DNA of 64,000 nt from assembly GCA_003278855.1 (NCBI GenBank), contig QCCU01000006.1, positions 1,578-65,577 on the forward strand, read 5' to 3'. The DNA comes from Prochlorococcus sp. AG-347-M23 (GTDB taxonomy: Bacteria; Cyanobacteriota; Cyanobacteriia; PCC-6307; Cyanobiaceae). Position 1 is the first letter of the stretch, and every line of letters starts with the position of its first letter. Positions 1-12,035 of this stretch are shown here, in pieces. The notes below the pieces were generated by a model. The model worked only from the letters and a program-made list of their open reading frames with translations, did no database searches and was not told the origin of the DNA. The position numbers and the translations under genes are program-made.

Positions 1-30
1 GGAAAATGGTTTTATTAAATTTTTAGAAAA

Positions 31-750
31 ATGATTGAAAATCAATCAGACAATATTGATATTAAAGAAAATGATGTTTCTAATCAGGATAATGCCCCTG
101 AGGATACTTCATCTGCTGAAGATAAAATAATCGAAAATGATAAATTGTCTTCTCAAAAAACAGAAGAAATAAACACCGAAGAATTAAAAAATACTATTTC
201 AAATAATGACGCAAGGTTAGAACAATTAGAAAAAGAGCACGAAACATTAAAAAATCAATATGTAAGGATTTCAGCAGATTTTGATAATTTTAGAAAAAGG
301 CAGTCTAGGGATCAGGATGATTTAAAAGTTCAGCTTGTCTCTAAAACTTTAACTGCAATACTCCCAATTGTTGATAATTTTGAAAGAGCAAGACAACAAC
401 TAAAACCAGAAAGTGAAGAAGCTCAAGCCCTTCATAGAAGTTATCAAGGATTGTATAAGCAATTGGTAGAAGTTTTAAAACAACAGGGAGTATCGCCAAT
501 GAGAGTTGTTGGTCAGCAATTTGATCCAAATTTGCATGAAGCTGTATTAAGAGAGCCCAGTGAAGAGTTTGAAGAGGATTTTATTATTGAAGAATTACAG
601 CGAGGATATCATTTAGAGGGAAAGGTTTTGAGACATGCATTGGTTAAGGTCTCTATGGGACCTGGTAAACAAAATTCACAAGAGGAAGTAGAAAAGGATA
701 CAGTTGAAGAGAGTATTGATTCAGAGGAAAATACTTCTGAAGATGTATAA
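31..750 (+). CDS. grpE: Nucleotide exchange factor GrpE
   Basis: Acidic N-terminal tail, coiled coil, motifs [38 protein letters not shown]. Confidence 0.97.
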   Translation: MIENQSDNIDIKENDVSNQDNAPEDTSSAEDKIIENDKLSSQKTEEINTEELKNTISNNDARLEQLEKEHETLKNQYVRISADFDNFRKRQSRDQDDLKVQLVSKTLTAILPIVDNFERARQQLKPESEEAQALHRSYQGLYKQLVEVLKQQGVSPMRVVGQQFDPNLHEAVLREPSEEFEEDFIIEELQRGYHLEGKVLRHALVKVSMGPGKQNSQEEVEKDTVEESIDSEENTSEDV

Positions 751-779
751 ATTCCAAATTTTTACTTGAGCGTTGTTTA

Positions 780-1907
780 ATGGCTGATTTTTATCAAATA
801 CTTGGAGTTTCACGAGATGCTGATGCTGATACCTTAAAAAGGGCTTACAGAAAATTAGCAAGACAATATCATCCTGACGTTAATAAAGAACCTGGTGCTG
901 AAGATAAATTTAAAGAAATAGGTAAGGCTTATGAAGCATTAGCTGATCCTGAAACTAGAGCAAGATATGACCAATTTGGAGAAGCTGGCCTTGGAGGTGC
1001 AGCTGGAATGCCTGATATGGGCGATATGGGTGGCTTTGCAGATTTATTTGAAACCTTTTTTAATGGTGGTTTTGGTGGACAAAATCCACAGGGAGGAAGA
1101 ACTCAAAGAAGAGGTCCTCAACAAGGAGATGATTTAAGATATGATCTTAATGTTGATTTTAAAGATGCAATATTTGGCCAACAAAGAGAAATTACAATTC
1201 CTCATCTTGAGACATGCGAAGTTTGTAGGGGAACAGGAGCCAAACCAGGAACTGGACCAAAAACTTGCTCAACTTGTGGAGGAAGTGGACAAGTTAGAAG
1301 AGCCACGAGAACACCTTTTGGGAATTTCACACAAGTAGCTGAATGTCCTTCATGTAATGGAACTGGTCAAATAATCTCAGATCCATGTACAAGTTGCGGT
1401 GGAAATGGAGTAAAGCAAGTCAGGAAAAAATTACGAATTAATATTCCTGCAGGAGTTGATACTGGTACTAAATTAAGAGTTTCAGGAGAGGGAAATGTTG
1501 GTTTGAAAGGAGGCCCACCTGGGGATCTTTATGTTTTTATCAAGGTGAAAAATGATTCGAAATTAAAAAGAGATGGTTTGACTATTTACTCAGAAATAGC
1601 CGTCAGTTATTTACAAGCAATTTTAGGAGATACCGTTGAAATTACTACAGTTGATGGCAAAGTTAATTTAAAAATTCCAAGTGGTACGCAACCAAATACA
1701 ACTCTTTCACTCGAGAATAAAGGGGTACCTAGACTTGGTAATCCAGTTGCCAGAGGAAATCATGAAGTTCTAGTAAAGGTAAAATTGCCAACTCGTATAA
1801 CTGATAAAGAGCGAAATCTTTTAGAGGATTTAGCTTCTCAATATTCAGATAAAAATATCAATTCCAGTAGTGGACTATTTAGTAAATTATTTGGTAAAGA
1901 ATCTTAA
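780..1907 (+). CDS. dnaJ: Molecular chaperone DnaJ (type I)
   Basis: J domain with HPD, G/F-rich linker, four CxxCxGxG zinc-finger repeats, C-terminal domain. Confidence 0.98.
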   Translation: MADFYQILGVSRDADADTLKRAYRKLARQYHPDVNKEPGAEDKFKEIGKAYEALADPETRARYDQFGEAGLGGAAGMPDMGDMGGFADLFETFFNGGFGGQNPQGGRTQRRGPQQGDDLRYDLNVDFKDAIFGQQREITIPHLETCEVCRGTGAKPGTGPKTCSTCGGSGQVRRATRTPFGNFTQVAECPSCNGTGQIISDPCTSCGGNGVKQVRKKLRINIPAGVDTGTKLRVSGEGNVGLKGGPPGDLYVFIKVKNDSKLKRDGLTIYSEIAVSYLQAILGDTVEITTVDGKVNLKIPSGTQPNTTLSLENKGVPRLGNPVARGNHEVLVKVKLPTRITDKERNLLEDLASQYSDKNINSSSGLFSKLFGKES

Positions 1908-2137
1908 TGACTTTTTTAAAGTATTTGGATCTGAAATCTGTTCCATGTCCTTTAAATGTCGTCAAGATTAAATTGGCTTTAGAGAAGTTATCCAAAAATG
2001 AACAACTGATTGTTGAATTAGATAAAGGTGAACCAGAAGAAATGGTAATAAAAAATTTAAAAGAGATGGGATGTTTCTATGAACAAATCAATGAATATGA
2101 AAAATTTTTAAAAATAAAAATTCTTAATGAAAACTAA
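1907..2137 (+). CDS. TusA/SirA-family sulfur carrier protein
   Basis: 76 aa, LDLKSVPCPLN motif (TusA CPxP-like); start overlaps dnaJ stop (TAATG). Confidence 0.8.
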   Translation: MTFLKYLDLKSVPCPLNVVKIKLALEKLSKNEQLIVELDKGEPEEMVIKNLKEMGCFYEQINEYEKFLKIKILNEN

Positions 2138-3044
2138 TAATAAACATTCAGGTTTAGTTACGAAAAAATTTAATGAATTTTTCTTTGTTGACCTAAAAAA
2201 TAAAGAAAACTTTGGAAATAGCGAAAGATTTTTATGTAAGGTAAGAAAGTCTATAAATTTCAAAGATCAATTTATTTATGTTGGAGATGAAGTAGAAATT
2301 GATAATATTGATTTAACAAGCAAACGGGCAGTAATAACATCTCTAAAAAAAAGACAAAATTTATTAAATAGACCATCAGTTGCAAATATTTCTAATATTT
2401 ATATTACTTTTTCAGTTGAAGAGCCAAAGTTAAATTTATCTCAAGTTAATAGGTTTTTGATATCAGCAGAATCAATGGGAGTTGAAGTGTCATTAGTTTT
2501 GACAAAGTGTGATTTAATATCAGATAAAAAACAGATTTTCTTACTTGATAAATTCAAGAAATGGGGTTATCAAGCAATTATTTTAAATTTATATAAGCCT
2601 GATCACTTTGAGGATTTATTAGCTCAGTTGAAGAAAAAAAAGTGTTCTATTTTTATGGGTCCATCCGGTGTTGGTAAAACTACTTTGCTTAACAAGATAA
2701 TTCCAGGTCTTCAAAACTCTACTGCCCCAGTTTCAAATAAAATTAAGAGAGGAAAAAATACTACTCGAAATGTTGAGTTATTTTCTATGTCAAATCAAAG
2801 TTACATTGTGGATACTCCTGGTTTTAATATGCAACCCCTAGATGTTGATATTAAGTTGTTACCAAATTTTTATCCAGAAATATATAAACAGGTAATCGAA
2901 GAAGGTATTAAGTGTAAATTTCGGGACTGCTTACATTTAGAAGATGAGGGATGTAATTTAAATAAATCCTTCGAAAGATATTCTTTTTATAAAGAAATGA
3001 TTGAGTCGTCTAAGAGTCACTATTATCAAAACCAGGAAGATTAA
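2127..3044 (+). CDS. rsgA: Ribosome small subunit-dependent GTPase A
   Basis: Circularly permuted GTPase: TKCD before [18 protein letters not shown]; Zn motif [14 protein letters not shown]. Confidence 0.95.
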   Translation: MKTNNKHSGLVTKKFNEFFFVDLKNKENFGNSERFLCKVRKSINFKDQFIYVGDEVEIDNIDLTSKRAVITSLKKRQNLLNRPSVANISNIYITFSVEEPKLNLSQVNRFLISAESMGVEVSLVLTKCDLISDKKQIFLLDKFKKWGYQAIILNLYKPDHFEDLLAQLKKKKCSIFMGPSGVGKTTLLNKIIPGLQNSTAPVSNKIKRGKNTTRNVELFSMSNQSYIVDTPGFNMQPLDVDIKLLPNFYPEIYKQVIEEGIKCKFRDCLHLEDEGCNLNKSFERYSFYKEMIESSKSHYYQNQED

Positions 3045-3360
3045 GATTTAATCCACCAGTCAAATCATTCATCCTTTCTTTCATAGTTGTGGTTGATAAT
3101 TCATGAGCTTTTTGAATAGCTTGTAGAATGTTTTGCTCTATTTTTTCTTTATCTGCATTTAAAATATTTTCTTGTACTTCTACCCTTAAAGGAAGTTGGT
3201 TGCCACTTATCCAAACTTTTATCATCTCATCATCACTTTTGCCTTCAATCTCCATATTTTCAAGTTCATCTTGTAGTTTTTGAGCATCTTGCTGAATTTG
3301 TTTAGCTTTTTTAAAAGCTTCTGTAAGTTGTCCAAAGTTAGGAAGTCCAAAACCCGCCAT
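3010..3360 (-). CDS. ybaB: YbaB/EbfC family nucleoid-associated protein
   Basis: [25 protein letters not shown]...VWISGNQ pattern, 116 aa. Confidence 0.9.
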   Translation of the reverse strand: MAGFGLPNFGQLTEAFKKAKQIQQDAQKLQDELENMEIEGKSDDEMIKVWISGNQLPLRVEVQENILNADKEKIEQNILQAIQKAHELSTTTMKERMNDLTGGLNLNLPGFDNSDS

Positions 3361-3377
3361 TTTGTAAAAACGTTTCT

Positions 3378-4271
3378 TTAGTTAGGATAGTCAAAACCAA
3401 TCATTCTTACTTCCGGTTGCAAATAAATCCCTTTGTTTTGTAGTACTTTTTGTTGAATTACTGTTATTAATTCGTAAATATCTTTTGAACTTGCTGAAGA
3501 AGTATTAATTATAAAATTTGAATGCATTGTAGAAATTTCAGCACCGCCAATTTTAAATCCCTTTAAACCCATATCATCAATTATTTTTGCAGCATAATTA
3601 TTTTCAGGATTTTTAAAAACACTACCAAAACTTGGTTGATGATATGGTTGTGTTTCTGTTTTTAATTTAAGGTTATTTTTGGTTGTTTGAATTAATTTTT
3701 CTATATTTCCATTAGGTTCAAAATGTAATCTTGCACTAATAATTGATAAATCATTTCTTTGAAAAGAGCTAAATCTATACTCAAAATTGATATCTTTTTT
3801 TTCAATTTCAAGTTTTTCAAGAGTTTTATTATTAATAACTTTTACGGAAATAAGATTTTTTGCTAGCGACAAATTACCTGTGCCAGCATTCATATAAATT
3901 GCTCCTCCTAATGTTCCTGGAATTCCGACAGCCCATTCCCCTCCTTGTAATCCATTTTTAGCAAGAAAATTAGATAATGTTGGGAGCATTACACCTGCTT
4001 CCGCTTCAATAATTCCTGAATATGGTTCTATCTTTAGTGATTTCAATTTTTTTGTACAAACAACTAAGCCTTTTATAAAAATATTATTTATTAAAAGATT
4101 TGAACCTGCGCCAATTATTTGACATCTTTGTTTATTTAAATTAGCCCATTTTATTAGATATGAAAGTTCTTCAACGCTTCTTGGCTCAGCAAAATATTCA
4201 GCCACTCCTCCCACTTTTATAGTTGTATAACTACTTAAATTAAAGTTTTCAGAAAAAATTTTATTATTCAT
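3378..4271 (-). CDS. murB: UDP-N-acetylenolpyruvoylglucosamine reductase
   Basis: [36 protein letters not shown]. Confidence 0.97.
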   Translation of the reverse strand: MNNKIFSENFNLSSYTTIKVGGVAEYFAEPRSVEELSYLIKWANLNKQRCQIIGAGSNLLINNIFIKGLVVCTKKLKSLKIEPYSGIIEAEAGVMLPTLSNFLAKNGLQGGEWAVGIPGTLGGAIYMNAGTGNLSLAKNLISVKVINNKTLEKLEIEKKDINFEYRFSSFQRNDLSIISARLHFEPNGNIEKLIQTTKNNLKLKTETQPYHQPSFGSVFKNPENNYAAKIIDDMGLKGFKIGGAEISTMHSNFIINTSSASSKDIYELITVIQQKVLQNKGIYLQPEVRMIGFDYPN

Positions 4272-4274
4272 AAA

Positions 4275-5696
4275 TTAGTTATTAATTTTAATTATTTTTT
4301 CATTTAAAATTGACCAGAAATTATGACAATCACCAGCTCCCATATTCAAAATTAAATCCCCTTTTTGAGTTAATTCGTAAAAATTCTTTGTAACTTCATA
4401 ATAATTATTTATGTAACTAACATTTTTATTTTTTTTATAAATCAAATCTGTAATAATTTTGGAAGTAATTTTATCTTCGTTTCCTTCTCCTGCTGCATAA
4501 ATACTTGTCACATAAATAACATCTGCTTTTGATAATTCTTCAGCAAATTCTCTATTAAATTGCTTTACTCGAGAATATCTATGAGGTTGAAATAAAGCAA
4601 CTAACCTATTTTTTTGAAATTCATTATTATTTTTTTGCTCAATAAATAATCTTCCTAATTTAATCGTCTCTTTTATTTCGTTTGGGTGATGAGCATAATC
4701 ATCATATAAACTTCTTTCATCTATTTGGCCTCTAAATTCAAATCTTTTTTTTGGCAGTTTCAAATACTTTAAATTTTTCTTAATTTCTATAAAATCTACT
4801 CCTATCATTCTGGAAGCTGCTATTGCTGCGGTGATATTGGATAGATTGTGTAGTCCTGGAATTGGAATATTTAAATTACTGATAAAATTTCCATTTTCAT
4901 AATATTTTCCAATTGTATACGTTGAATTAATTTCAGTCGGGATTATTGCATATGCTACGTTTTTAGCAGTAGAGTTTGACCACTTAAAATTAGAATAAAA
5001 ATTTTTTCTTGAGGTTTCACAATCAAAATTAAGTAATAATTTTTTAGAGTTTTTAGCGAAACTTTTAAAAGAAGATATGACTTCACTTAAATTAGAAAAG
5101 TGATCGCAATGATCAAAATCAATGTTATTGATTATTCCAATATCAGATTTATATTTGTCAATAGTCCCATCTGATTCATCAACTTCAGCTACTAGGTATT
5201 TTGTATTTTCTAGATGACAATTAGAGTTGTAAATAGGAATTATTCCTCCAGTTATTGAAGAAGAATTACGCGTGCATAACTCAAGTATCGTAGAAAGAAA
5301 TGTACTTGTTGATGTTTTCCCGTGGCTGCCTGCTATCGCCAATGCCGTATAATTGCGCATTAGCATCGCAAGTATCTCTGAACGATGTTTTATTGATAAA
5401 TTTTTTTCTTTGCAATACGAAAATTCTTCATTTTCTGGCTTGATTGCGGAGCTTACAACAAAATTAATCAATCTGTTGGTAAATTTTGCAGTAATAAATT
5501 CAATATTTTGTCGAACTTGAGAAGTAAAGATTACTGCACCTAGTTTTTCCAATTTATTAGTTTCATCGTTTTTAACTAAATCAGATCCTGAAACTGAACA
5601 ACCTTTTTTAAGTAAACCCATTGCTAATGCTGACATCCCAATACCTCCGATCCCAATAAAATGAAAATGACTTTTCAAAAGTAATTTTTTATCCAA
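4275..5696 (-). CDS. murC: UDP-N-acetylmuramate--L-alanine ligase
   Basis: HFIGIGGIGMS, GSHGKTSTS, EVDESDG, DDYAHHP, FQPHRYSR. Confidence 0.97.
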   Translation of the reverse strand: MDKKLLLKSHFHFIGIGGIGMSALAMGLLKKGCSVSGSDLVKNDETNKLEKLGAVIFTSQVRQNIEFITAKFTNRLINFVVSSAIKPENEEFSYCKEKNLSIKHRSEILAMLMRNYTALAIAGSHGKTSTSTFLSTILELCTRNSSSITGGIIPIYNSNCHLENTKYLVAEVDESDGTIDKYKSDIGIINNIDFDHCDHFSNLSEVISSFKSFAKNSKKLLLNFDCETSRKNFYSNFKWSNSTAKNVAYAIIPTEINSTYTIGKYYENGNFISNLNIPIPGLHNLSNITAAIAASRMIGVDFIEIKKNLKYLKLPKKRFEFRGQIDERSLYDDYAHHPNEIKETIKLGRLFIEQKNNNEFQKNRLVALFQPHRYSRVKQFNREFAEELSKADVIYVTSIYAAGEGNEDKITSKIITDLIYKKNKNVSYINNYYEVTKNFYELTQKGDLILNMGAGDCHNFWSILNEKIIKINN

Positions 5697-5824
5697 TGTT
5701 TATCTTTTACTTAAATCAAAATAACTTCTAGGTAAAATTTTGCTATTTTTTCTTAAAAAAAAATGTTTTTTTTTCTTGAATTAATACAAAACTAGACTTA
5801 TTTGCTTAATAAATCAAAAAAACC

Positions 5825-5853
5825 TTACGTTATTGCACAAAATTCAGTATGAT
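5825..5853 (+). promoter_or_regulatory. Candidate sigma70-type promoter for gap
   Basis: TTACGT-N17-TATGAT, 37 bp upstream of the gap start; pattern match only. Confidence 0.35.
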
Positions 5854-5889
5854 CAGCAACTTAGGTTAATCATTTAGAAATTATTAGTT

Positions 5890-6912
5890 ATGACTTTGCG
5901 TGTTGCAATTAACGGCTTTGGCAGAATTGGTCGAAATTTTATGCGTTGTTGGCTTAGTAGAGGGGCTTACACCAATATTGAAGTAGTCGGAATTAACGTT
6001 ACATCAGATCCTAAGACTAATGCTCATTTATTAAAATACGACTCAGTCCTTGGTCAACTTGATGGTGTTGATATTCAATATACTGATGATACTTTTGTAA
6101 TTAATAACAAAACAATTAAATGTTTCTCAGATAGAAACCCAATGAATCTCCCTTGGAAAGACTGGGGTGTAGATTTGGTTATTGAATCTACTGGAGTATT
6201 TAATACAGACGTAGGTGCAAGTAAGCACTTAGAGGTAGGAGCAAAAAAAGTTATCTTAACTGCGCCTGGTAAAGGGGATGGCGTTGGTACTTATGTAGTT
6301 GGAGTTAATGCTGATACATATAAACATAAAGATTACGATATTTTGAGTAATGCTAGTTGTACAACAAACTGTTTAGCTCCAGTAGTCAAAGTTTTAGATC
6401 AGACTTTTGGGATTAATAAAGGTTTGATGACTACAATTCATAGTTATACAGGTGATCAAAGAATTTTAGATAATAGTCATAGAGATCTAAGAAGGGCTAG
6501 AGCCGCTGCTACAAACATAGTTCCTACTTCTACAGGAGCTGCAAAAGCAGTAGCTCTTGTATACCCAGAAATGAAAGGTAAATTAACAGGAATTGCAATG
6601 AGAGTTCCAACTCCTAACGTTTCAGCAGTAGATTTTGTTTTTGAATCTTCTAAATCTGTCACAGCTGAAGAAGTCAATAATGCCCTCAAGGAAGCATCTC
6701 TAAGTACAATGAAAGGCATTATTAAGTATGGAGATGAACCATTAGTGTCAAGCGATTATGCAGGTACCAATGAATCATCAATTGTAGATAGTGATCTTAC
6801 TATGTGTATCGGAGATAACCTTGTAAAGGTGCTTGCATGGTACGACAATGAGTGGGGTTATAGTCAGAGAGTTGTAGATTTAGCAGAGATTGTTGCTAAA
6901 AATTGGGATTAA
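5890..6912 (+). CDS. gap2: Glyceraldehyde-3-phosphate dehydrogenase (cyanobacterial Gap2 type)
   Basis: [18 protein letters not shown] catalytic Cys, [11 protein letters not shown]-loop, WYDNEWGYS. Confidence 0.96.
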   Translation: MTLRVAINGFGRIGRNFMRCWLSRGAYTNIEVVGINVTSDPKTNAHLLKYDSVLGQLDGVDIQYTDDTFVINNKTIKCFSDRNPMNLPWKDWGVDLVIESTGVFNTDVGASKHLEVGAKKVILTAPGKGDGVGTYVVGVNADTYKHKDYDILSNASCTTNCLAPVVKVLDQTFGINKGLMTTIHSYTGDQRILDNSHRDLRRARAAATNIVPTSTGAAKAVALVYPEMKGKLTGIAMRVPTPNVSAVDFVFESSKSVTAEEVNNALKEASLSTMKGIIKYGDEPLVSSDYAGTNESSIVDSDLTMCIGDNLVKVLAWYDNEWGYSQRVVDLAEIVAKNWD

Positions 6913-7899
6913 TTAAAAGTGTTTGAAAGGTGTGTTGTTAAATAATTTGTCTTTTTTATAATCTTTGAATTCTATTGATGGTTCACCATCAGTAAAAAAA
7001 CCAATCTTATTAATATTTTTATCAAGTCTGGATAAATTTTCTGCCCATTTTTTGGGCAATGAGAAAACTAATTCATAATCTTCTCCTCCAAAAAAATAGT
7101 ATTCGTCCCATTTATTTCCTTTAGGCCAATCCTTATCTTTAGGTATTTTTTCATAGTTTATGATCGCTTTGCAGTTGCTAGCTATTGCTAAATCTTGTAA
7201 GGCTTGAAATAGGCCATCACTGCTATCAGTACATCCTATTCTCTTTATATTTTTATTGGAGCGAGTTTTGAGGAGATTATTTAGAAAATTTGGGTAAACT
7301 CTAGGGCGACAAAAATGTTCAATGGACTTAATGATTAATCTTTCATTAAGAGAAAATTCATTATCGAAATTAATTTTATTTTGTATCAAAAATCCCAGTT
7401 TGCTAAGACCATGAATTCCTGTAGTTAAGATTATATCTCCTGGTTTAGATGCGTTTCTTCTTAATTCAAGCTCACCTTGAATTCCAAAGGCCGTAATTGA
7501 AATGATTTTTTCATTCCCCTTTGAACAGTCTCCCCCTAGAATCAATCCGCCATATTCTTTTAATGCTTTATTTATGCCTTTGTATACTTCTTCAACCCAA
7601 ATCCACTCAGTTCGAACAGGTAGAACTAGGCTTATTGTAATACCAATAGTTTTTTTGCTTCCACTGGACAATAAGTCAGAGATGTTGCTTACAACTGCTT
7701 TCCACCCAAGGTCTTGGGGACAAATACTATTGTCATTGAAGTGAACATTTTCTACTAAAGAATCAGTATTAACAAGTAAATTTTCATTTTTAGTTTTGAT
7801 TAAAGCACAATCATCTGAAACTTGATTTTTAGGCATAAATTTTCCTAGCCTATTTATTAATTCTTTTTCCCCTATGTCTTCTAATATTTCTTTATGCAT
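6913..7899 (-). CDS. thiL: Thiamine-monophosphate kinase
   Basis: DDCA, SNISDL, GGDC, DSSDGL, GGEDYELVF. Confidence 0.95.
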   Translation of the reverse strand: MHKEILEDIGEKELINRLGKFMPKNQVSDDCALIKTKNENLLVNTDSLVENVHFNDNSICPQDLGWKAVVSNISDLLSSGSKKTIGITISLVLPVRTEWIWVEEVYKGINKALKEYGGLILGGDCSKGNEKIISITAFGIQGELELRRNASKPGDIILTTGIHGLSKLGFLIQNKINFDNEFSLNERLIIKSIEHFCRPRVYPNFLNNLLKTRSNKNIKRIGCTDSSDGLFQALQDLAIASNCKAIINYEKIPKDKDWPKGNKWDEYYFFGGEDYELVFSLPKKWAENLSRLDKNINKIGFFTDGEPSIEFKDYKKDKLFNNTPFKHF

Positions 7900-8983
7900 T
7901 TAATTTGAGGTTTTCAATCCCTTCTAAAACATCAATTGAAATTATCGTGTCATCTTTAGTAAGCTCTTCTAATACATCAAATCCATCTACAACGTAACCA
8001 AAGGCAGCGTTTCTTCCGTCAATTAAATTGCGACCCGCTGGATTTAATTCTGCTTCATATAAAAAGAAGAAAAATTGCGATGAACCATCATCAACTGCGG
8101 CATTCGAATGGGACCATCCTAGAGTTCCAAGTGTTGCAAAAGGTAATGTTGGTGTCTCTGTGTAAAGACCTAAATCTTCAAAAGTTTGATTGTAAAAAGT
8201 ATCTTGTTCATCAGGAATTCTTATTTCTAAGGGAACGTGACGTTCTTCGTTTGTTTCAGGATCTATGTACCCAATATCATCACCAATTGGATCACCTGTT
8301 TGCAGTACAAAAAATTCTTCTGCTCTGTTAATGGGTAAATCTTTATAGAAGTTTTTTGAAGATAAATCTATAAATGCTCCTGCTGTAAGTGGGGCGTTAA
8401 ATCCATCTACAATTGCTTGCATATCTCCTTTGGAGGTTTTTATATTGACTTTTGCTCTGCCCAGTAATCTTGGTAAATTATCAAATTCCTGGGGAATAGA
8501 GTATGGAAATTCTTTTGGTAGAAAATATTCTTCTAATCCACCTATTTTATCTAAAGCATTTCTTCGAGTCGCTATAAACGAGTATTTATCCTTTGATTTA
8601 GAGTAATCTTGAAGGCTATCAAAATTTTCTTTGAGTTCTAAAAATATTTTTTCAGCAATCTTCTTTTTATCTTTTGGTAATTCTTGAATAATTTTACTTT
8701 GGTATTTTTTTAGCAAAGATTGACATTTTGTAACAGTTTTCGTAAGAGCGGGCCATCTTCCTCCTCTTACAAGGTCACTAGTTTCTTCCAATTTGTGTTG
8801 AATTTCTTGTAACTCAACTTGCTTGATAGGGAGTGCGTTTCTGAGGATTGCATTAGGGTCTTTTACTGCATTTCCAGTAGGTAAATCAGCTAATACTTGA
8901 ATAGGTTTTAAAAGAAAAACCTGTAAAATTACAATTGATAGAATTAAGAAAAGTTTGTTCTGATTTGATAAGAATTTTTGCAT
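7892..8983 (-). CDS. Cyclophilin-type peptidyl-prolyl isomerase (TLP40/CYP38-like)
   Basis: Signal peptide, helical bundle, then cyclophilin domain (LQTGDP, PLEI, GSSQFF). Confidence 0.9.
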   Translation of the reverse strand: MQKFLSNQNKLFLILSIVILQVFLLKPIQVLADLPTGNAVKDPNAILRNALPIKQVELQEIQHKLEETSDLVRGGRWPALTKTVTKCQSLLKKYQSKIIQELPKDKKKIAEKIFLELKENFDSLQDYSKSKDKYSFIATRRNALDKIGGLEEYFLPKEFPYSIPQEFDNLPRLLGRAKVNIKTSKGDMQAIVDGFNAPLTAGAFIDLSSKNFYKDLPINRAEEFFVLQTGDPIGDDIGYIDPETNEERHVPLEIRIPDEQDTFYNQTFEDLGLYTETPTLPFATLGTLGWSHSNAAVDDGSSQFFFFLYEAELNPAGRNLIDGRNAAFGYVVDGFDVLEELTKDDTIISIDVLEGIENLKLNA

Positions 8984-9027
8984 AGCACTCTTGCAGGTTT
9001 ATGATCCTTGGGGGATGTAATACAGGA

Positions 9028-9588
9028 ATGATTTCCAGTAACGATTTTCGCACAGGTACTACCATCGAATTGGATGGACAAGTTTGGCGTGTTGTAGAGT
9101 TTCTACATGTCAAGCCTGGTAAGGGTTCTGCTTTCGTACGAACAAAATTAAAATCAGTTCAAAGCGGCAACGTTGTTGAAAAAACTTTTCGCGCCGGAGA
9201 ATCAGTACAGCAGGCTATCCTTGAGAAGTCTAACCTGCAGCATACTTATGTGGAGTCTGGTGATTATGTTTTTATGGACATGACAAGTTTTGAAGAGACA
9301 AGACTCACCTCCGAACAAATCGGTAAAGGCGCAAAGTATTTGAAAGAGGGAATGGAAGTTAATGTAATTTTCCATAATGGTAAGGTTTTAGAAGTAGAAC
9401 TTCCAATATCTATTACTTTGAAAGTTACAGAGACTGATCCAGGAGTTAAAGGTGACACTGCTAGTGGGGGCACGAAACCAGCTATTCTAGAAACAGGTGC
9501 TCAAGTTATGGTTCCTTTATTTATTTCTGTGGGAGAAATGATTAAAGTTGATACTCGAAATGACACTTATCTTGGACGTGAAAATTAA
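9028..9588 (+). CDS. efp: Elongation factor P
   Basis: [19 protein letters not shown]; start trimmed to ATG 9028 ([10 protein letters not shown]). Confidence 0.97.
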   Translation: MISSNDFRTGTTIELDGQVWRVVEFLHVKPGKGSAFVRTKLKSVQSGNVVEKTFRAGESVQQAILEKSNLQHTYVESGDYVFMDMTSFEETRLTSEQIGKGAKYLKEGMEVNVIFHNGKVLEVELPISITLKVTETDPGVKGDTASGGTKPAILETGAQVMVPLFISVGEMIKVDTRNDTYLGREN

Positions 9589-10094
9589 TGGCTATGAAAT
9601 TAGATCATGATGACTTAGATCGCTTAATAGAGAAAATCTCTTCAAGTGATATACAAGAGTTCTCGCTAGAGGGAGAAGATTTTAAACTCGAAATAAAAAG
9701 GAATGTATTTGATCAGAATCAAGTTATTAATAATTTAGTGTCTAATACTTCATTTGATAAGCAGACAATTGCTAATCAAAAAACTATTAATGATAATATC
9801 CCAGTTGTTAATGAGCCTGAAGCACCTCAAGTGGCACCCCCAGGACGTTCTGACCTAACTGAAATTACTTCTCCTATGGTTGGGACATTTTATAGGGCTG
9901 CAGCGCCTGGCGAGGAGCCATTTGTCGAAGTAGGAAATAACGTTAAGGTCGGTCAAACTATTTGTATTTTGGAAGCAATGAAGTTAATGAATGAAATTGA
10001 ATCTGAATTTAATGCTGAAATTGTAGAGATTCTCGTTGAAAATGGAACACCAGTTGAATTTGGTCAAGTTTTAATGCGTGTTAAGCAGTCTTGA
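9588..10094 (+). CDS. accB: Acetyl-CoA carboxylase biotin carboxyl carrier protein
   Basis: EAMKLMNEI biotinylation motif, SPMVGTFY. Confidence 0.97.
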   Translation: MAMKLDHDDLDRLIEKISSSDIQEFSLEGEDFKLEIKRNVFDQNQVINNLVSNTSFDKQTIANQKTINDNIPVVNEPEAPQVAPPGRSDLTEITSPMVGTFYRAAAPGEEPFVEVGNNVKVGQTICILEAMKLMNEIESEFNAEIVEILVENGTPVEFGQVLMRVKQS

Positions 10095-11105
10095 ATTTTT
10101 AGTCATCTCTACGGCAACCTTAATAGCCTCAACCATGCTTTGAGATTGAGCAATTCCTTTGCCAGCAATATCAAATCCCGTTCCATGATCTGGAGATGTT
10201 CTTATAAAAGGTAAACCGATTGTGGTATTTACTGAGTAATTAAGAGCTATTACTTTCATTGGTATTAAACCTTGATCATGATACATAGCAAGAATGCCAT
10301 CATGTTTTTCAGCATTTTTGTCATTCCATGCTTTTACCGAAGAATTCCAGCAACTATCTGGTGATAAAGGGCCAAATAATCTAATATCTTTATTCTTCTC
10401 ATTCCACGCAATTAATGCATCATTGAGCCAATCCTTTTCTTCATGACCTAAAAGACCTTCTTCCCCGGCATGAGGGTTTAATCCTGCGACTTTTAAAGTA
10501 GGATTATCAGTATAGGTTTTACAAAATTTTTTGAAAAGATCCAATTTAGAGTGAATTAATTCAGTAGTTAATTTTTTGGGAACCTCAGAAAGCGATATGT
10601 GGGTTGTAGCTAGTAAAGTATTAAATCTCCACCCCGTAATTGGTGATTTTGCTGTAAATAACATTCCAACGTTTTTCACTCCACATGCTTTTGCTAATAC
10701 TTCAGTTTGACCAGAGAAGTAATGACCTGCTAGAGACCAAGATTTCTTGCAAATTGGTCCAGTTACAAGTGCTGAATTGGGGTATTGTTTTACAATTTCT
10801 ATTGCTTTCGTTAAATATTGGAAACTTGAATTACCGTAACTTGATTTAGGATCATCATCTAATGAAGAAATTTCGAGATCATGTATCTTGAAATTTTTTG
10901 GATTTGCAAGGTTTTCTAATCCTAATGATCTAAGATATTTATATGTATTTTGTAGATTTTTTTTTGATCCAACTAATATAAAATCAATATTTCTTGGTAT
11001 CTGATTAGAATAAAGTGCTTTTAAAATTATTTCAGGTCCAATACCTGACTCATCTCCAACGCTTAATACTACCTTCAATATTTTGTTTGTATTTTGAAAA
11101 TTCAT
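10071..11105 (-). CDS. pdxA: 4-hydroxythreonine-4-phosphate dehydrogenase
   Basis: GDESGIGPE, GLNPHAGE, AMYHDQG, RTSPDHGT. Confidence 0.96.
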   Translation of the reverse strand: MNFQNTNKILKVVLSVGDESGIGPEIILKALYSNQIPRNIDFILVGSKKNLQNTYKYLRSLGLENLANPKNFKIHDLEISSLDDDPKSSYGNSSFQYLTKAIEIVKQYPNSALVTGPICKKSWSLAGHYFSGQTEVLAKACGVKNVGMLFTAKSPITGWRFNTLLATTHISLSEVPKKLTTELIHSKLDLFKKFCKTYTDNPTLKVAGLNPHAGEEGLLGHEEKDWLNDALIAWNEKNKDIRLFGPLSPDSCWNSSVKAWNDKNAEKHDGILAMYHDQGLIPMKVIALNYSVNTTIGLPFIRTSPDHGTGFDIAGKGIAQSQSMVEAIKVAVEMTKNSRLLNTH

Positions 11106-11124
11106 AAAAAGGTTTAATTTATTT

Positions 11125-12003
11125 TTAAATGTTTAGATAGCAATTTTTTAAGCCTAATTTATAGTTTTTATAAATTAGTTTATATCCGAGTGTTTCGCAT
11201 AAAAGTTTGTTTGAAACTCTTCTATTTTCCATCCAAAAAGATTGAGCGATAGGAGATAATTCATCTTTTACATCTTCAAATAATATTGGCTTTGGCATTT
11301 TTAAACCAAGTAAATCGTAGCAATATTGAATAACTTCTAACTGCGAACAAGGTTCATCATCTGCAATATTAATGATTTGGTGAAATTTTAAATAATCTTT
11401 ATTTTGTAATAAAAAAATTATCGCATGTGTTATGTCAGCAACATGAACTCTTGAAAATACTTGAGCTTTTTTTAAAATTACTCGAATTTTATGATTTTTG
11501 ATTGCTTCAAACGTGGATCTTCTAGGTCCATAGATACCAGGCAATCTAAAAATTTGCACGGGCAAACTAGATTCAATCCATTTTTTTTCACAATTTAATC
11601 TATTTAAACTTCTTTTCTGAAAAGGATTAGGCTGATCTATTTCAGAAACCCAACCACCCTTAGTATTTCCATATACTCCTGTGGTGGATAAATATCCAAC
11701 CCATTCGAGTGGTAAATCTTGTAGTTTATTTTGAAGGCTTTGTAATACTGGATCATTACCATTTTTGTCAGGAGGAATGCAACTTAGAATATGCGTTACT
11801 CCATCAAAAATTCTTTCATCAGGAATAACACCGTTTTCACTATTGAAAATAAAACTATTTGGATCTTTGCTCGCAGATCTTGAGCTTGTTAAAACAGTGC
11901 AACCGAATTTTCGAATAGTTTTTGCAAAATAACTACCGCTGAAGCCACATCCCAAGACTAAAAATTTTTTTTTATTTCCAAGTAAACTTGCAGGTTTCTT
12001 CAT
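11125..12003 (-). CDS. NAD-dependent epimerase/dehydratase (atypical SDR)
   Basis: GCGFSG Rossmann motif, YLSTTGVYG, FRLPGIYGP. Confidence 0.88.
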   Translation of the reverse strand: MKKPASLLGNKKKFLVLGCGFSGSYFAKTIRKFGCTVLTSSRSASKDPNSFIFNSENGVIPDERIFDGVTHILSCIPPDKNGNDPVLQSLQNKLQDLPLEWVGYLSTTGVYGNTKGGWVSEIDQPNPFQKRSLNRLNCEKKWIESSLPVQIFRLPGIYGPRRSTFEAIKNHKIRVILKKAQVFSRVHVADITHAIIFLLQNKDYLKFHQIINIADDEPCSQLEVIQYCYDLLGLKMPKPILFEDVKDELSPIAQSFWMENRRVSNKLLCETLGYKLIYKNYKLGLKNCYLNI

Positions 12004-12035
12004 GCCAGGTTAAAGTAGTACATATGTATTAATTA

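Noticed and set aside
1-1907. CIRCE element or dnaK at grpE-dnaJ
   Set aside because: No TTAGCACTC-N9-GAGTGCTAA in the available sequence, and grpE-dnaJ without an adjacent dnaK is normal in cyanobacteria
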